A stretch of 64,000 nucleotides of DNA from Poseidonia sp. (GCA_965661285.1 CBFIDD010000001.1:32001-96000); one strand, 5' to 3'. Shown: positions 9,576 to 19,499, counted from the stretch's first letter. A program made the numbers and translations. The notes: generated by a model from the sequence alone, not told the origin.

Positions 9576-9669
9576 GCCATTACCTGTGAATGGATTGGTT
9601 CCGCTCCTCTATATCGCTATTGCCCGCAGGACCATCAGCATTATATCACGGCGGCCGCGGATTTTGACC

Positions 9670-12240
9670 ATGGCAACCACACGCCGTGCGATGGTTCTCT
9701 CTGCGTTTCTTCTGCAATTGCTCATGGTGGGTGCTACGGCTTCACCGCTCGCAGACGCAACCAACCCGCTGGGCGACGATACGAAGATGAACGCTGACCT
9801 CATCGAAAAACTCGACCAGGTGGAGGACTCCACGGTGCTTCCCGTCATTTTTCAACTTCATTCCCCTTTGACACCGCACGATGAAGCCTACATGGCCGAC
9901 CTCGGCCTTGTGCTCAAAGGCGAGGCACCCCTCTTGGACGCAGGACTGGTCGAAGGCCAAGCCATCGACCTCCGCCGAATGTCAACATGGGACCGCGTGG
10001 AATACCTCGAACTTGACCGAGCGTTGGAATTCTTCTACCTGCCCTCCGAGTGGGGAGGCCAGCCCGAACCCGGCATCATGATGCACGAAACGACCCACGT
10101 GGTGCGCGCCACCGACACATGGGACCGAGTCATCATCACACCATCGGGTGAAATCCAGCGAGAGATTGACCTCTCGTTCAGCGAGTGGGACGGCGACGGC
10201 ACCGCCATCGTCGACCTCGATACCGGCGTGGATGCCGGCCACCCCGATTACGACTATCTTGAACCCTGGACCGGTGAGAAAACGCTCTACTCCGCCAAGT
10301 GGACTCCCGCTGACAACGACTGGGTGGAGACCAGAAATTCCGACACCTCCTCCGGCCATGGCACCCACGTCGGCGGCACCATTGCCGGCAACGGGGACGC
10401 TTCTGCTGGCCGCCGAGCAGGTGTGGCCAAGGGCGGCCAACTCGTCGCTCTCGGCGCAGGTGACGGCGCCTCAATCTTTGCTGGCGTTCAAGGCCTCGAG
10501 TGGACCTATGCCCACTCCATCCCGGGCCAAAACCCCCACCACATCCGTGTCGTTTCCAACTCGTGGGGCAGCGACGGTGATTACGACCCACAAGGCACCA
10601 TCACCCAACTGACCGACCGGCTCACCTACGAGAACGACGTTGCCGTCATCTTCGCAGCCTCGAACTCCGGGGGCTCGGGCGCAGAGTGCTCGGGCGACCT
10701 GCGCACCAACGTCTACGCCAACACGCCATCGGCGATTTCCGTCGCCGCACTGACCCATGACGGTACCGCCGTCACCTCCTTCTCCTCGCGTGGTTGCATG
10801 AACCAGCAACACACCTGGCCCGATGTTGGCGCACCTGGCCGAGATATTTGGGCTACGGCACCTCGTGGCACGGCGATTGACGCATCCACTCGCACCCAAG
10901 GTGACCTCTACTACATGGCCATCTCCGGGACCTCCATGGCCACCCCCCACGTCGGTGGTATGGCCGGTGTCCTGCTGGATGTCGCTCCATCGCTGGGCGC
11001 TGCCGATTACCATCGGGACGACCACGACTTTGGCGACAGCCTGGTGGGAGGCGAGGGAACGGCTGCCTACGGCCAGTTCGAAGACTGGAACGAGCGCAAC
11101 AACAGCCGGGTTCACGAGGTTGAGCTCATTCTTGAATTGACGGCTCGCTACGAAGGCATGGCCAATTCCTGCGAAGCCGGGAACGACGAAGATTCCTGCA
11201 ACGACATTCCAGAGGAATGCTACCGTAGCGCAACCGGTGCGTGCCACGACTGGCGCATCGGTCACGGACTGACGGACCTTGACGCAGCCGTCGCTTTGGC
11301 CCGCACCCTGCAGTTGATGCGAGACCAAGACGGCGATGGCCTCGTTGACCACCCCGAATACACGGTATGGGACGCCTACGACATTTACGAGAACATGATG
11401 ACAACCACCACCATTCCCGCCAACACCGACCGGGTGCGCCACGCTTGGAAAGGCGATTGGAACCATTTCAACAACGGCCAGACGGGCGCCGTGTACTATA
11501 CCGAGGATTCCCACTACGTTTGGATTCCAAACGGCACCACACGTCTCGAGGCGACGTTCACCGCCGTTGAAGCAAGTTTGGACACCGGCCAGGCGGGTCT
11601 CCTCCAGCTCGATATCGACCTTGGTGATGACGGAAGCAACGAGGCACAAGGCGAAGGCAACCGACTGGCCGATTCGTGGTACTATGACCTCCCCGTTGAC
11701 GAATCTGCATGGGGCCAGTGGGCGCATTTCGATGTATCCGGAACGGCCGTCACGCTCTGGGGCTTCCTCGGCGACATTGAGTTCTTTGAATCCCGAGTCC
11801 CTTACACCGTGGACGTCATGTTGACCTTGGACCTCTCTCAACCGGTCGACATCCAATTTGAGCAGCGACCCGATTTCTACACCGACCTCAACCCGACCAC
11901 GCCCTCGGATGAATACGAAAACGACATGGACGGCATGTTGACCTTCACGCGTTCAGCCTACGACCAAGCCACCGTCGTCTCGCTGATCACGCCCAAAGTG
12001 ACCGTCGAAGAAACCGCGGACTCTGGCTTCTTCTCGAGCCTCGGAGGCGTCATTGCCGACCATCCTTTTGCCATCATCATCGTGTTGTTGATGCTGATTG
12101 GAGCGGCTGGAACGATAGGCTACTCCGTCCGTCTCCAAACCGAGGGAGATGCAGAAGAGGCCGTGTTGTTGTGGGATGAGGAAGACTCATTGTTGGAAAA
12201 CGAAGGCAAGTCCGTTCCCGGGCTCGAAAACGAAACCTGA
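9670..12240 (+). CDS. secreted, C-terminally anchored S8 (subtilisin-like) serine peptidase
   Basis: Signal peptide MATTRRAMVLSAFLL; catalytic triad motifs DLDTGVDAGHPD, GHGTHVGGTIAG and ISGTSMATPHVGG; C-terminal TM helix FAIIIVLLMLIG. Confidence 0.95.
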   Translation: MATTRRAMVLSAFLLQLLMVGATASPLADATNPLGDDTKMNADLIEKLDQVEDSTVLPVIFQLHSPLTPHDEAYMADLGLVLKGEAPLLDAGLVEGQAIDLRRMSTWDRVEYLELDRALEFFYLPSEWGGQPEPGIMMHETTHVVRATDTWDRVIITPSGEIQREIDLSFSEWDGDGTAIVDLDTGVDAGHPDYDYLEPWTGEKTLYSAKWTPADNDWVETRNSDTSSGHGTHVGGTIAGNGDASAGRRAGVAKGGQLVALGAGDGASIFAGVQGLEWTYAHSIPGQNPHHIRVVSNSWGSDGDYDPQGTITQLTDRLTYENDVAVIFAASNSGGSGAECSGDLRTNVYANTPSAISVAALTHDGTAVTSFSSRGCMNQQHTWPDVGAPGRDIWATAPRGTAIDASTRTQGDLYYMAISGTSMATPHVGGMAGVLLDVAPSLGAADYHRDDHDFGDSLVGGEGTAAYGQFEDWNERNNSRVHEVELILELTARYEGMANSCEAGNDEDSCNDIPEECYRSATGACHDWRIGHGLTDLDAAVALARTLQLMRDQDGDGLVDHPEYTVWDAYDIYENMMTTTTIPANTDRVRHAWKGDWNHFNNGQTGAVYYTEDSHYVWIPNGTTRLEATFTAVEASLDTGQAGLLQLDIDLGDDGSNEAQGEGNRLADSWYYDLPVDESAWGQWAHFDVSGTAVTLWGFLGDIEFFESRVPYTVDVMLTLDLSQPVDIQFEQRPDFYTDLNPTTPSDEYENDMDGMLTFTRSAYDQATVVSLITPKVTVEETADSGFFSSLGGVIADHPFAIIIVLLMLIGAAGTIGYSVRLQTEGDAEEAVLLWDEEDSLLENEGKSVPGLENET

Positions 12241-12241
12241 T

Positions 12242-12787
12242 TCATGGCACCCAATCTATCTGATTGATGTGCGGTTTGAATTCGTTCGGTTTGTCGTGCT
12301 CCTCTAATCGGTCGAGCAACCAAATTACCCAATGGAAGGTTCCCATGCCCTCCTCTTCAGTCACACTGCTCTGCTCGTGTATGATGTAGCCTTGTTCGGT
12401 CAGGGACATCATGTGGCGCATGTTCACACCGATGAGCGAAAGATACGGTTTGTAGAAGGAATAGACGATGTCAAACGAGAGGTTGCGGTGAAAAGTCATC
12501 ACGGCATGGTTGGCCATGAGCACGACAAGGGCATTGGTGGCGTCTTTTTGTTCACGGGTTAATTCCATCAGTTCTTTCAGACCTGTGTGTTTGGTAATGA
12601 CGCCCCCAAACGTAGCAAACCCGCGCTGGACAAGAGGATTTTCAAGCGAGTGCGCGATGGTTTGAGAAATTTCATACCGACGGTTCCGGTTGACTTCCAT
12701 GACTTGACGTAAACCAAACACCAGCGTCGCCATGATGGCGAGGCCACTGAGAGCCTCACCCAAATTTGCTGCAGTTTCAAGATCCAT
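12242..12787 (-). CDS. hypothetical protein with N-terminal TM (DUF4760-like); paralog of 14731..15240
   Basis: MDLETAANLGEALSGLAI...LRQ...NRRYEI...NPLVQRGF aligns by eye with the 14731..15240 product. Confidence 0.7.
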   Translation of the reverse strand: MDLETAANLGEALSGLAIMATLVFGLRQVMEVNRNRRYEISQTIAHSLENPLVQRGFATFGGVITKHTGLKELMELTREQKDATNALVVLMANHAVMTFHRNLSFDIVYSFYKPYLSLIGVNMRHMMSLTEQGYIIHEQSSVTEEEGMGTFHWVIWLLDRLEEHDKPNEFKPHINQIDWVP

Positions 12788-12824
12788 TTAAAAGCCTCAT
12801 GAAGTGATGATTTGCACGGTCAGT

Positions 12825-14159
12825 CTACTCGCTTTCGTGAACGACGGTGGTGGCAGAAGGTCCAACATCATCCTCTTTGATTTGCAGCAGGACAATGAAC
12901 ACCAGCGCTTGGAACGCCGCCCCGAACAAGAACAGATTGGGGAAACTTCCCCCAACAACATCGAGGAGTTGTGGTGAAAGCGCATTACCGGTAAACGCAC
13001 CGACGTTGATGAGCGTCATGTAAATCGAGAACTGTGTGCCTGCCACCTCTTTGCTGGTGACCGACATCAAGAACGCCAGAAGGTTGGCGCCAACGATGGC
13101 CCAAACCAGTGTCCAGGCCAGCCAAATCTGCAACATCATGTCGCTGTCGGTCCACTGGCCTCGCAGCATGGACCACACCACCGTCATGACGGTTCCAACG
13201 GCGACCGCCGCCGTCAGTGTCTTTTTCGAACCGAACTTCGAACCCAGGAGGCCACCAACAAGGAAGCCCAGCATCGTCATGAGGAAGACAGGTAGACCTT
13301 TGGCGTCAAGGAAATCTTGCGCCTCCCAGTTCAATTCGTCAACGAAGAGGAATTCCCACTGGAAGTCGATGATGCCCATACCGGTGCCCATGCCACCACC
13401 AATCCACATGATGGTGCACAGCAGCAACGCCATCTTGGCAGCGCTGCCCGAAACTGCCGATTGGAAGGCGGTCTTGATTTCACCAAAGGTCATGATGTCG
13501 CCGTCATCTGCCGAAGTTGCATCAGTGGATGCTTCACTCCAAGGGAACAATTGGTCGCCGGGTCGCTCTCGCACGAACAGCGGGATCATCATGATGGCTG
13601 CCAAGACCACGATCTGGACCTGAAGGGCTGCGTGGAAGCCGGAATCCGTGAGGACGCGACTGAGACCAAGCACAGCAAACATGGCACCGAAGCCCTTGGC
13701 CACGAACATCAGCCCGTTGGCGAGGGGCAATTCCTCATCGCTCAACGTGTCAACCGCCAGCGCGTCCGAACTGACGTCTTGAAGGGCGGCGAAGATGTTG
13801 TGAATCAGGAAGAATAAGCCGAGTGTTTCCAAATCAGAAGCAGGGTCGTCAACCAAAAGGAAGGCTGCCATCGTGAGCATCATTCCCAGTTGCGAGATGA
13901 GCACCCAAGGACGGCGCTGCCCCATGCGAGGGAAACGATAGCGGTCGATGACGGGGCCGAGAACGAGTTTACCAATGATCCATGGAATCATACCTGCGGA
14001 GATGAGTGCGAGTTTCTGGTCATCGTTCATTGAACCATTGTCAACAAGGTACGTGACAAGGACGGTGGCAACAAAAAACCAAGGAACACCCTGGGCGAAG
14101 TACAGCGCACACACCGTACCAAACCGCGTCACCTTGCTCTCTTGCATATTCACTGCCAT
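12825..14159 (-). CDS. MFS transporter (AmpG/acetyl-CoA-transporter-like)
   Basis: LYFAQGVP, PVIDRY...GQRRPW, AALQDVSSDALAV and AGTQFSIYMTLIN motifs; about 12 TM segments. Confidence 0.88.
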   Translation of the reverse strand: MAVNMQESKVTRFGTVCALYFAQGVPWFFVATVLVTYLVDNGSMNDDQKLALISAGMIPWIIGKLVLGPVIDRYRFPRMGQRRPWVLISQLGMMLTMAAFLLVDDPASDLETLGLFFLIHNIFAALQDVSSDALAVDTLSDEELPLANGLMFVAKGFGAMFAVLGLSRVLTDSGFHAALQVQIVVLAAIMMIPLFVRERPGDQLFPWSEASTDATSADDGDIMTFGEIKTAFQSAVSGSAAKMALLLCTIMWIGGGMGTGMGIIDFQWEFLFVDELNWEAQDFLDAKGLPVFLMTMLGFLVGGLLGSKFGSKKTLTAAVAVGTVMTVVWSMLRGQWTDSDMMLQIWLAWTLVWAIVGANLLAFLMSVTSKEVAGTQFSIYMTLINVGAFTGNALSPQLLDVVGGSFPNLFLFGAAFQALVFIVLLQIKEDDVGPSATTVVHESE

Positions 14160-14291
14160 ATTGTCTGGTTTTGGCACCTAAATCTAATACTTATCCCAAT
14201 ATATTGTTTGTTTTTATCCAAAACAGGGAGATTCTCTCGGTCAGCCGTGAACATGGAAAGGTTGAGAGGATGAACCTCTGTCTGCGGTTTG

Positions 14292-14405
14292 ATGCTGACT
14301 CAAGAAGCGCTTCAAGCGTGGTACGGGTCGCATGAAGTCGACCTTGACTGGCTGGATAAACCATCACGGCACCAGTTTCGTTGGCGCTTACCCAACGACC
14401 GGTGG
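14292..14405 (+). pseudogene. possible 5' gene remnant (about 38 codons)
   Basis: MLTQEALQAWYGSHEVDLDWLDKPSRHQFRWRLPNDRW reads as real protein, then degrades into non-coding-like sequence overlapping the next gene. Confidence 0.3.
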
Positions 14406-14439
14406 GCCGGGCAGCCCCGCAGTCATCGAGATGATCAAC

Positions 14440-14709
14440 ATGGGTTTCTTGCAAAACCTCCTCGCCCGCCTCTTCGGCCAAGCCTCAGCACCTTCGCAAT
14501 CCTACAGTTTTGGACAACCCAACGCAGGCTACAGCGGCGCTCGATTTTCCGGTGGCGGCAGCGACAACCGAGTCATCAACATGGTCGGTGCAACGGGAAA
14601 GAGCGAGGATGAAGTCTGCTCTGCCCTTGCTGCCGAGTATTTTTCTCCTGACGACGTCAACAAACTTTGTGCGTCGCCAACCTTCCGTCAACTGATGGGT
14701 TGGGGCTGA
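14440..14709 (+). CDS. small hypothetical protein
   Basis: MGFLQNLLARLFG (amphipathic helix), a Gly/Ser linker and a small helical domain with two Cys. Confidence 0.55.
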   Translation: MGFLQNLLARLFGQASAPSQSYSFGQPNAGYSGARFSGGGSDNRVINMVGATGKSEDEVCSALAAEYFSPDDVNKLCASPTFRQLMGWG

Positions 14710-14730
14710 CGCCTCAGCACAAAGGCTTGA

Positions 14731-15240
14731 TCAATTGGACTTGAGGGCGTAATCGCCGTCCCGCTTGGATTCGAGATGGTCCAGCAGCCAGAACAAGCCT
14801 GCCCAAATCGAATCCTCACCATCTTCGGTTTTCTCAACGTTCATCATCATGAAAATCATGATCACTCGCCGCCATCGGCTGGCGAACATCCGCACGTAAA
14901 CGCCACAGAAATCTTCGACCAAATCAAGGGAGAGATGACCGTTTTTTGCGAGCACACCGATGTTGTTCATGCCGATCATCAAGGCGTTCATCGCATCCTT
15001 TTCTTCTCGCGTGAGCGCTGCGAGTTCTTGTGGCGTCAGGTCGTCATGAAGTTTGACGGTGCTGATGGAAAACCCACGATGAACCAACGGGTTGTTCATG
15101 TGAGCCGCAAGGTCTCGCCCAATTTCATAACGACGGTTTTCGTTCCAGTGCTTCATTTGCCTGAGACTGAACAGAAGGGTGAACAAAATCGCGATACCGC
15201 TGACGGCCTCGCCAACATTCGCCGCAGTCTCAATGTCCAT
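14731..15240 (-). CDS. hypothetical protein with N-terminal TM (DUF4760-like); paralog of 12242..12787
   Basis: MDIETAANVGEAVSGIAI...LRQ...NRRYEI...NPLVHRGF...LTREEKDA...WLLDHLE. Confidence 0.72.
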   Translation of the reverse strand: MDIETAANVGEAVSGIAILFTLLFSLRQMKHWNENRRYEIGRDLAAHMNNPLVHRGFSISTVKLHDDLTPQELAALTREEKDAMNALMIGMNNIGVLAKNGHLSLDLVEDFCGVYVRMFASRWRRVIMIFMMMNVEKTEDGEDSIWAGLFWLLDHLESKRDGDYALKSN

Positions 15241-15334
15241 TGGTCAACGCCACCGTTTCCGTCCTCATGTAGATTATGGCGTCGTCCCGGCGCATCAAAT
15301 CCGGTCAAACCGGAAACACGACCCGAGTTCGGGC

Positions 15335-17092
15335 TCAATCACAACAGGACTTGGCCAGCGCATCTTGAGCGCAGAAGCACGTCTTGGCAGGGATGATGTC
15401 AGCGCGAGCGCTGCGCTCGTTGAACAAGGCGGTGACCTCCGCCAATTCCTCGGGTGCGTCGCCGCGAGCCTCGAGGCAGAGTTTCAGACCGAGCAGTCCC
15501 CACATGTTGTCCTTCCAGAGCTTGATGTCGGCGCGGTAAACTTCCTCAGCTTCCTCGATGTGACCCTGCTCGAACAACAGGGCGCCCAGAATGTGGCGAA
15601 CCGGTTGCATCTGGCCCCACGGTTCGTTGTAGGCGAGGTTGAGCGAGAGGTCAACACCTCGGCGCAATTCGTCAAAGGCTGCGGTGAAGTCGTGATCTTC
15701 GCCGGCTTCCTTGGCGAGGAACTGGCGGCGGTATTCGATTTCAGCCTCCAAAATGGAGGCGTTCACGTTCAAAATCGATGGGCCTTCAGCGGGGTCTTGG
15801 TACATCAGATTGTTGTGAAGCACGCGACCGGCGAGCGCTGGGTTTTGGAGGGCTTCCTTGAACAGCACCTGCTCGGCTTCGGCCTCTGGCACCATGCCCT
15901 TGGAGGCGTAAGCGACACCACGAGCGTAGTGCTGCGTGGCGATGGTTGCGGGGAACACATCCTTATCGGTGTACAACGGTTCGGCAAGGATTTCGTCCCA
16001 CTTTCCAAAGCGGATCATGACGTGCCAGGGCATGGTCACATAGGATTCGAGGAAAATCGCGCCCATCGGGATGATGCCGGCCAGCATAAACTGGACACCG
16101 TGGTCGGCATCCCCTGCTGGCAAGGTGGCAACGGCCTTTCGGGCGTACTTGAGCGCCGTTTGGTATTGACCGTCAAACATCGCACACCACACGACGAAGT
16201 GGTGGTTGTGCATGCGGTAGAACTTGTAGAACTGGGACTCATTTCCGGTCAATTCCACGTAGCGATCGTCAGCCTCAACGGCGGCGATGTTGCACTCGAT
16301 GGCTTCCTTCCACTGACCAACCCATGCGTCAATGTGAGAAGGCATGTGGACAAGGTGGCCCAGTCCCGGCATGCGGGTTCGCAAGACGTCGGCGGCGGGA
16401 AGCGCCTTTTCGGGGAACGGTGACAATTCCAAAGCGTGGCAGTACAGGTGGCAGAGCGCAGGGTGGACCTTGGCTTCTTCACTGCTCTCAAATGCATCCT
16501 CCATGACCTTCACGAGCAAGAGCGTGTTGTCATCGGCAGGCGTGATTTCGCCCGTGGCGGTGTTCTTGTCCCAAAGCTGCCAGGCCTTGAGGTTCATCAG
16601 CGCCTCGACATAAATGGCGGTGACGTCCAAGTTTCCGGCGTACTTTTCGTACAGCGGCGCCATGGCTTCGGCGAAAGCGACGTTCAGTTCGGGGTCGTTG
16701 CCCATGTTGAGGACAGTGGGGTCAGCAGCGTCTCGGGCTTCAGCGGAGTGTCGCTTGGAAAGCGCACGGATGAGGTCCTGCTCAAGTTCAGTGCAGTGGT
16801 CCATCACCTTCAGGGCTTGCTGAATGGGGTCGTGTCCGGACCCAAGTCCGGGAGACCAGTTGTAGTTTGAAGAAACACAGTAGGCAATGCCCCACCAGGC
16901 CATGGCGCAGTTGGGGTCGAGTTCTGTCGTGGCGGTGAAGCATGCGATGGCTTGCTCGTGGTTGTAATTCAACATGTGACCGTAGGCTTCGATGAACATT
17001 TTCCGTGCTTCATCGTTGGCGCATGTTACATTTTGTGCAAATTCGTAATTTGAGGTGTCTCCGTAATCGTAATCCGTTGGTGCAAGCGACAT
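15335..17092 (-). CDS. TPR-like repeat protein with conserved His motifs
   Basis: NYNHEQAIACF...DPNCAMAWWGIAY (TPR-like), HPALCHLYCHALE, GHLVHMPSHID and YRMHNHHF; Cys-rich C-terminus. Confidence 0.85.
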   Translation of the reverse strand: MSLAPTDYDYGDTSNYEFAQNVTCANDEARKMFIEAYGHMLNYNHEQAIACFTATTELDPNCAMAWWGIAYCVSSNYNWSPGLGSGHDPIQQALKVMDHCTELEQDLIRALSKRHSAEARDAADPTVLNMGNDPELNVAFAEAMAPLYEKYAGNLDVTAIYVEALMNLKAWQLWDKNTATGEITPADDNTLLLVKVMEDAFESSEEAKVHPALCHLYCHALELSPFPEKALPAADVLRTRMPGLGHLVHMPSHIDAWVGQWKEAIECNIAAVEADDRYVELTGNESQFYKFYRMHNHHFVVWCAMFDGQYQTALKYARKAVATLPAGDADHGVQFMLAGIIPMGAIFLESYVTMPWHVMIRFGKWDEILAEPLYTDKDVFPATIATQHYARGVAYASKGMVPEAEAEQVLFKEALQNPALAGRVLHNNLMYQDPAEGPSILNVNASILEAEIEYRRQFLAKEAGEDHDFTAAFDELRRGVDLSLNLAYNEPWGQMQPVRHILGALLFEQGHIEEAEEVYRADIKLWKDNMWGLLGLKLCLEARGDAPEELAEVTALFNERSARADIIPAKTCFCAQDALAKSCCD

Positions 17093-17217
17093 GTTTTATT
17101 CCAAAGAATGATGATACTTAAACCTCAGTCCAATTATCTATTGAATCTACAGTTAGGACCTCAATAAACCGTCACGGTCGGGAGAATCATTAAATCTAAA
17201 GGGGAGGATGTGAGGTT

Positions 17218-17418
17218 ATGGCAAGCACAGGAATCATCGGAATTCTCTTGATGGGGCTGGTTGGTCTGGTTGGCGGTGAACTCACCAACCCGTGGCAAAT
17301 CTGGGAGATTGTTGCCAACATGATCGAAACCGCATTCGGCCTTCTTATTCTCGCCATCTTGGCCCTCATCTATCTGCTGGGACTGATTCCAAATCCGTTC
17401 CCTTGGATTGTGTTTTAA
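17218..17418 (+). CDS. small membrane protein (66 aa)
   Basis: Two hydrophobic segments; upstream TTAAAT and GGAGG/GAGGT elements. Confidence 0.55.
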   Translation: MASTGIIGILLMGLVGLVGGELTNPWQIWEIVANMIETAFGLLILAILALIYLLGLIPNPFPWIVF

Positions 17419-17813
17419 CCACGATTGAATGTTGTCGTTGACCATGACGCACAGCGGGACTGCGGTCCACACCAAGGTATTCGTCTTGAGCGAATCCGAA
17501 CCGAACTGGACGACCGTCTTGAAACAGAACTCTTCAACGCCCAACAGACCACGGAGATCAACATCGACCAAACCCATCTCGTTGAGCGAGAACTCCATGA
17601 ACAGGGACAAAAAAAACGGTCCCGATTTGGCGCTCAGCGGCGAACAAGAATGACGAACTGGAGACGACGCATCACGTTGCTGTGAAGACGTGATTCGCAT
17701 TGTTCTGCCAAATCGCCTCCAAGGATAGCCAACCAGAGGCGACCAAGGGGTTCAAACTCCAATCGTGTTATGCGGAGCAGTCCAACGAACAAGGGGTTCG
17801 GACTCGACATGGG

Positions 17814-17889
17814 TGGTGGACGCTGGGGGATTTGAACCCCCGGCCTTCTGGTTGCAAACCAGACGCTCTTCCAACTGAGCTAAGCGCCC
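17814..17889 (-). tRNA. tRNA-Ala(TGC), CCA encoded
   Basis: GGGCGCTTAGCTCAGTTGGAAGAGCGTCTGGTTTGCAACCAGAAGGCCGGGGGTTCAAATCCCCCAGCGTCCACCA: 76 nt cloverleaf, anticodon TGC, G3:U70 Ala identity pair. Confidence 0.97.
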
Positions 17890-17947
17890 TTGTAATCCGA
17901 GCGGTGGGCCTCTCCCTTTTGAGCCTTCACCTATGCAGGACAGCGAA

Positions 17948-19249
17948 TCAAACGCAGTCAATGGTGGCATCACGGTCGGGCCCAACGCCCACGCTGGTGC
18001 AGGGCACGCCCACCAAGGTTTCGAGTTTGGCAATGTACTGTTGAGCGGCCGCAGGCAGGACAGCGATGCCTTTGCCCGATTCGTTGGCATGAACCGCCAT
18101 CGCCAACCATTCCGAAAGCGAGAGTTCGGGGAAACCCGGCATGGTGATGTAGACCGGCTTGCAACGGGCCAAGGCAGAAGCGGTGGACGGCATTTCGGTG
18201 ATCTCCCTGCCGTCGAGTTCGTAGGCGACGCAAATTTTGAGTTCATCAAGGCCACCCAACACGTCAAGTTTGGTCAGAGCAAGACCGGTGAACCCGTTGA
18301 TGCGTTGTGCCTGGCGCATGACCACGGCGTCAAACCATCCACAGCGCCGCTTTCTGCCCGTGGTGGTCCCGAATTCCTTGCCGACCGTCCCCATGTGCTC
18401 ACCCGCCTCGTCGTCGAGTTCGGTGGGCATGGCGCCGTGGCCGACCCGGGTGATGTAGGCCTTGGTGATGCCGATGACATCCTCCACGTGTCCGGGATGA
18501 ATGCCGGCACCGTGCGTGGCGTTGCCACGGGAGGTGATGGAGGAGGTGACAAAGGGGAAGGTCCCCTGGTCGATGTCGAGCAGCGTGCCTTGTGCCCCTT
18601 CGAGGATGACGTGTTCGCCGAGTTTCAGGGCGTTATCGAGCATCAGTCCAGTATTCGCAACACTGGCCGCGTAGTTCTCGTGGATCCAAGCGATGTCGCC
18701 AGCCAAACCGTCCACCGACACACGCTCGGAGGAACCGGCTGCTTCCAGCGAAGCGTTCATGCGAGCCACCGTAGCGCTGGTCCAGTCGTCGTCACCCAGC
18801 ACCTCAGCCACATCACCAAAGCGAAGGCCAACGCGGTTGATCTTGTCAGCGTAGGTGGGACCAATGCCGCGACCGGTGGTACCAATTTTGGTGTCAAGGC
18901 TGTCCATGTAGCGGTGGTAGGGCAAAATGATGTGGGCTCGTTCACTGACGTAGAGACGGTCGCTGCGCGGGTCTTCACCGGCCGTGGCCTGCCAGTCGGT
19001 GAGTTCCTTGTGAAGCACCCAGGGGTCGATGACCATCCCGTCACCCAGCACAAGATGGCATTCCTTTCGGGTAATGCCGGAGGGCAAGAGATGGAATTTC
19101 AGAACTTGGTCACCCAAGACGACGGTATGACCAGCGTTGTTTCCGCCTTGGAAACGGGCGACCCATGTGGCCTGTTCGGCCAACCTGTCGACGAGTTTTC
19201 CCTTTCCTTCATCGCCCCACTGAGCGCCAAGAATCACGGTGGCTGGCAT
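17948..19249 (-). CDS. purA: adenylosuccinate synthetase
   Basis: GAQWGDEGKGK, RFQGGNNAGHT, IGTTGRGIGPTYADK, EGAQGTLLDID and GTTTGRKRRCGWFD motifs. Confidence 0.98.
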   Translation of the reverse strand: MPATVILGAQWGDEGKGKLVDRLAEQATWVARFQGGNNAGHTVVLGDQVLKFHLLPSGITRKECHLVLGDGMVIDPWVLHKELTDWQATAGEDPRSDRLYVSERAHIILPYHRYMDSLDTKIGTTGRGIGPTYADKINRVGLRFGDVAEVLGDDDWTSATVARMNASLEAAGSSERVSVDGLAGDIAWIHENYAASVANTGLMLDNALKLGEHVILEGAQGTLLDIDQGTFPFVTSSITSRGNATHGAGIHPGHVEDVIGITKAYITRVGHGAMPTELDDEAGEHMGTVGKEFGTTTGRKRRCGWFDAVVMRQAQRINGFTGLALTKLDVLGGLDELKICVAYELDGREITEMPSTASALARCKPVYITMPGFPELSLSEWLAMAVHANESGKGIAVLPAAAQQYIAKLETLVGVPCTSVGVGPDRDATIDCV

Positions 19250-19447
19250 GCTAATCCTCGTTAGGCTGGCACCGCGGGACGCCTTTGAACCCTGTGATGA
19301 CATTTGGTCAAATCCACTCACCAAACCGGAACCTTTTGCGCTGTGGCCGAACGACTGTTTATAACAACATACGTAAAGTTCTCACCGTAGCAGAGGAGAC
19401 ACTCACCGCCGTAAATAGTGTATAGAGAAGAACCTAGTATCTGCAAT

Positions 19448-19466
19448 GAAACCTTTAATTTAAATA
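19448..19466 (+). promoter_or_regulatory. putative BRE/TATA promoter of tfb
   Basis: GAAACCTTTAATTTAAATA about 35 nt upstream of the ATG, in the AT-rich purA/tfb divergent intergenic region. Confidence 0.5.
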
Positions 19467-19499
19467 ACACCACACGCCACTACTAAACAACGAGTTGAG

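Noticed and set aside
17161-17700. 179 aa minus ORF and overlapping plus ORFs at 17425-17685
   Set aside because: No recognisable motifs, and it conflicts with the 66 aa membrane ORF. The coding strand cannot be decided; possibly a remnant.
12242-17813. Integrated provirus or integrative element at tRNA-Ala
   Set aside because: No integrase, transposase, viral gene or direct repeat of the tRNA 3' end was found by eye.
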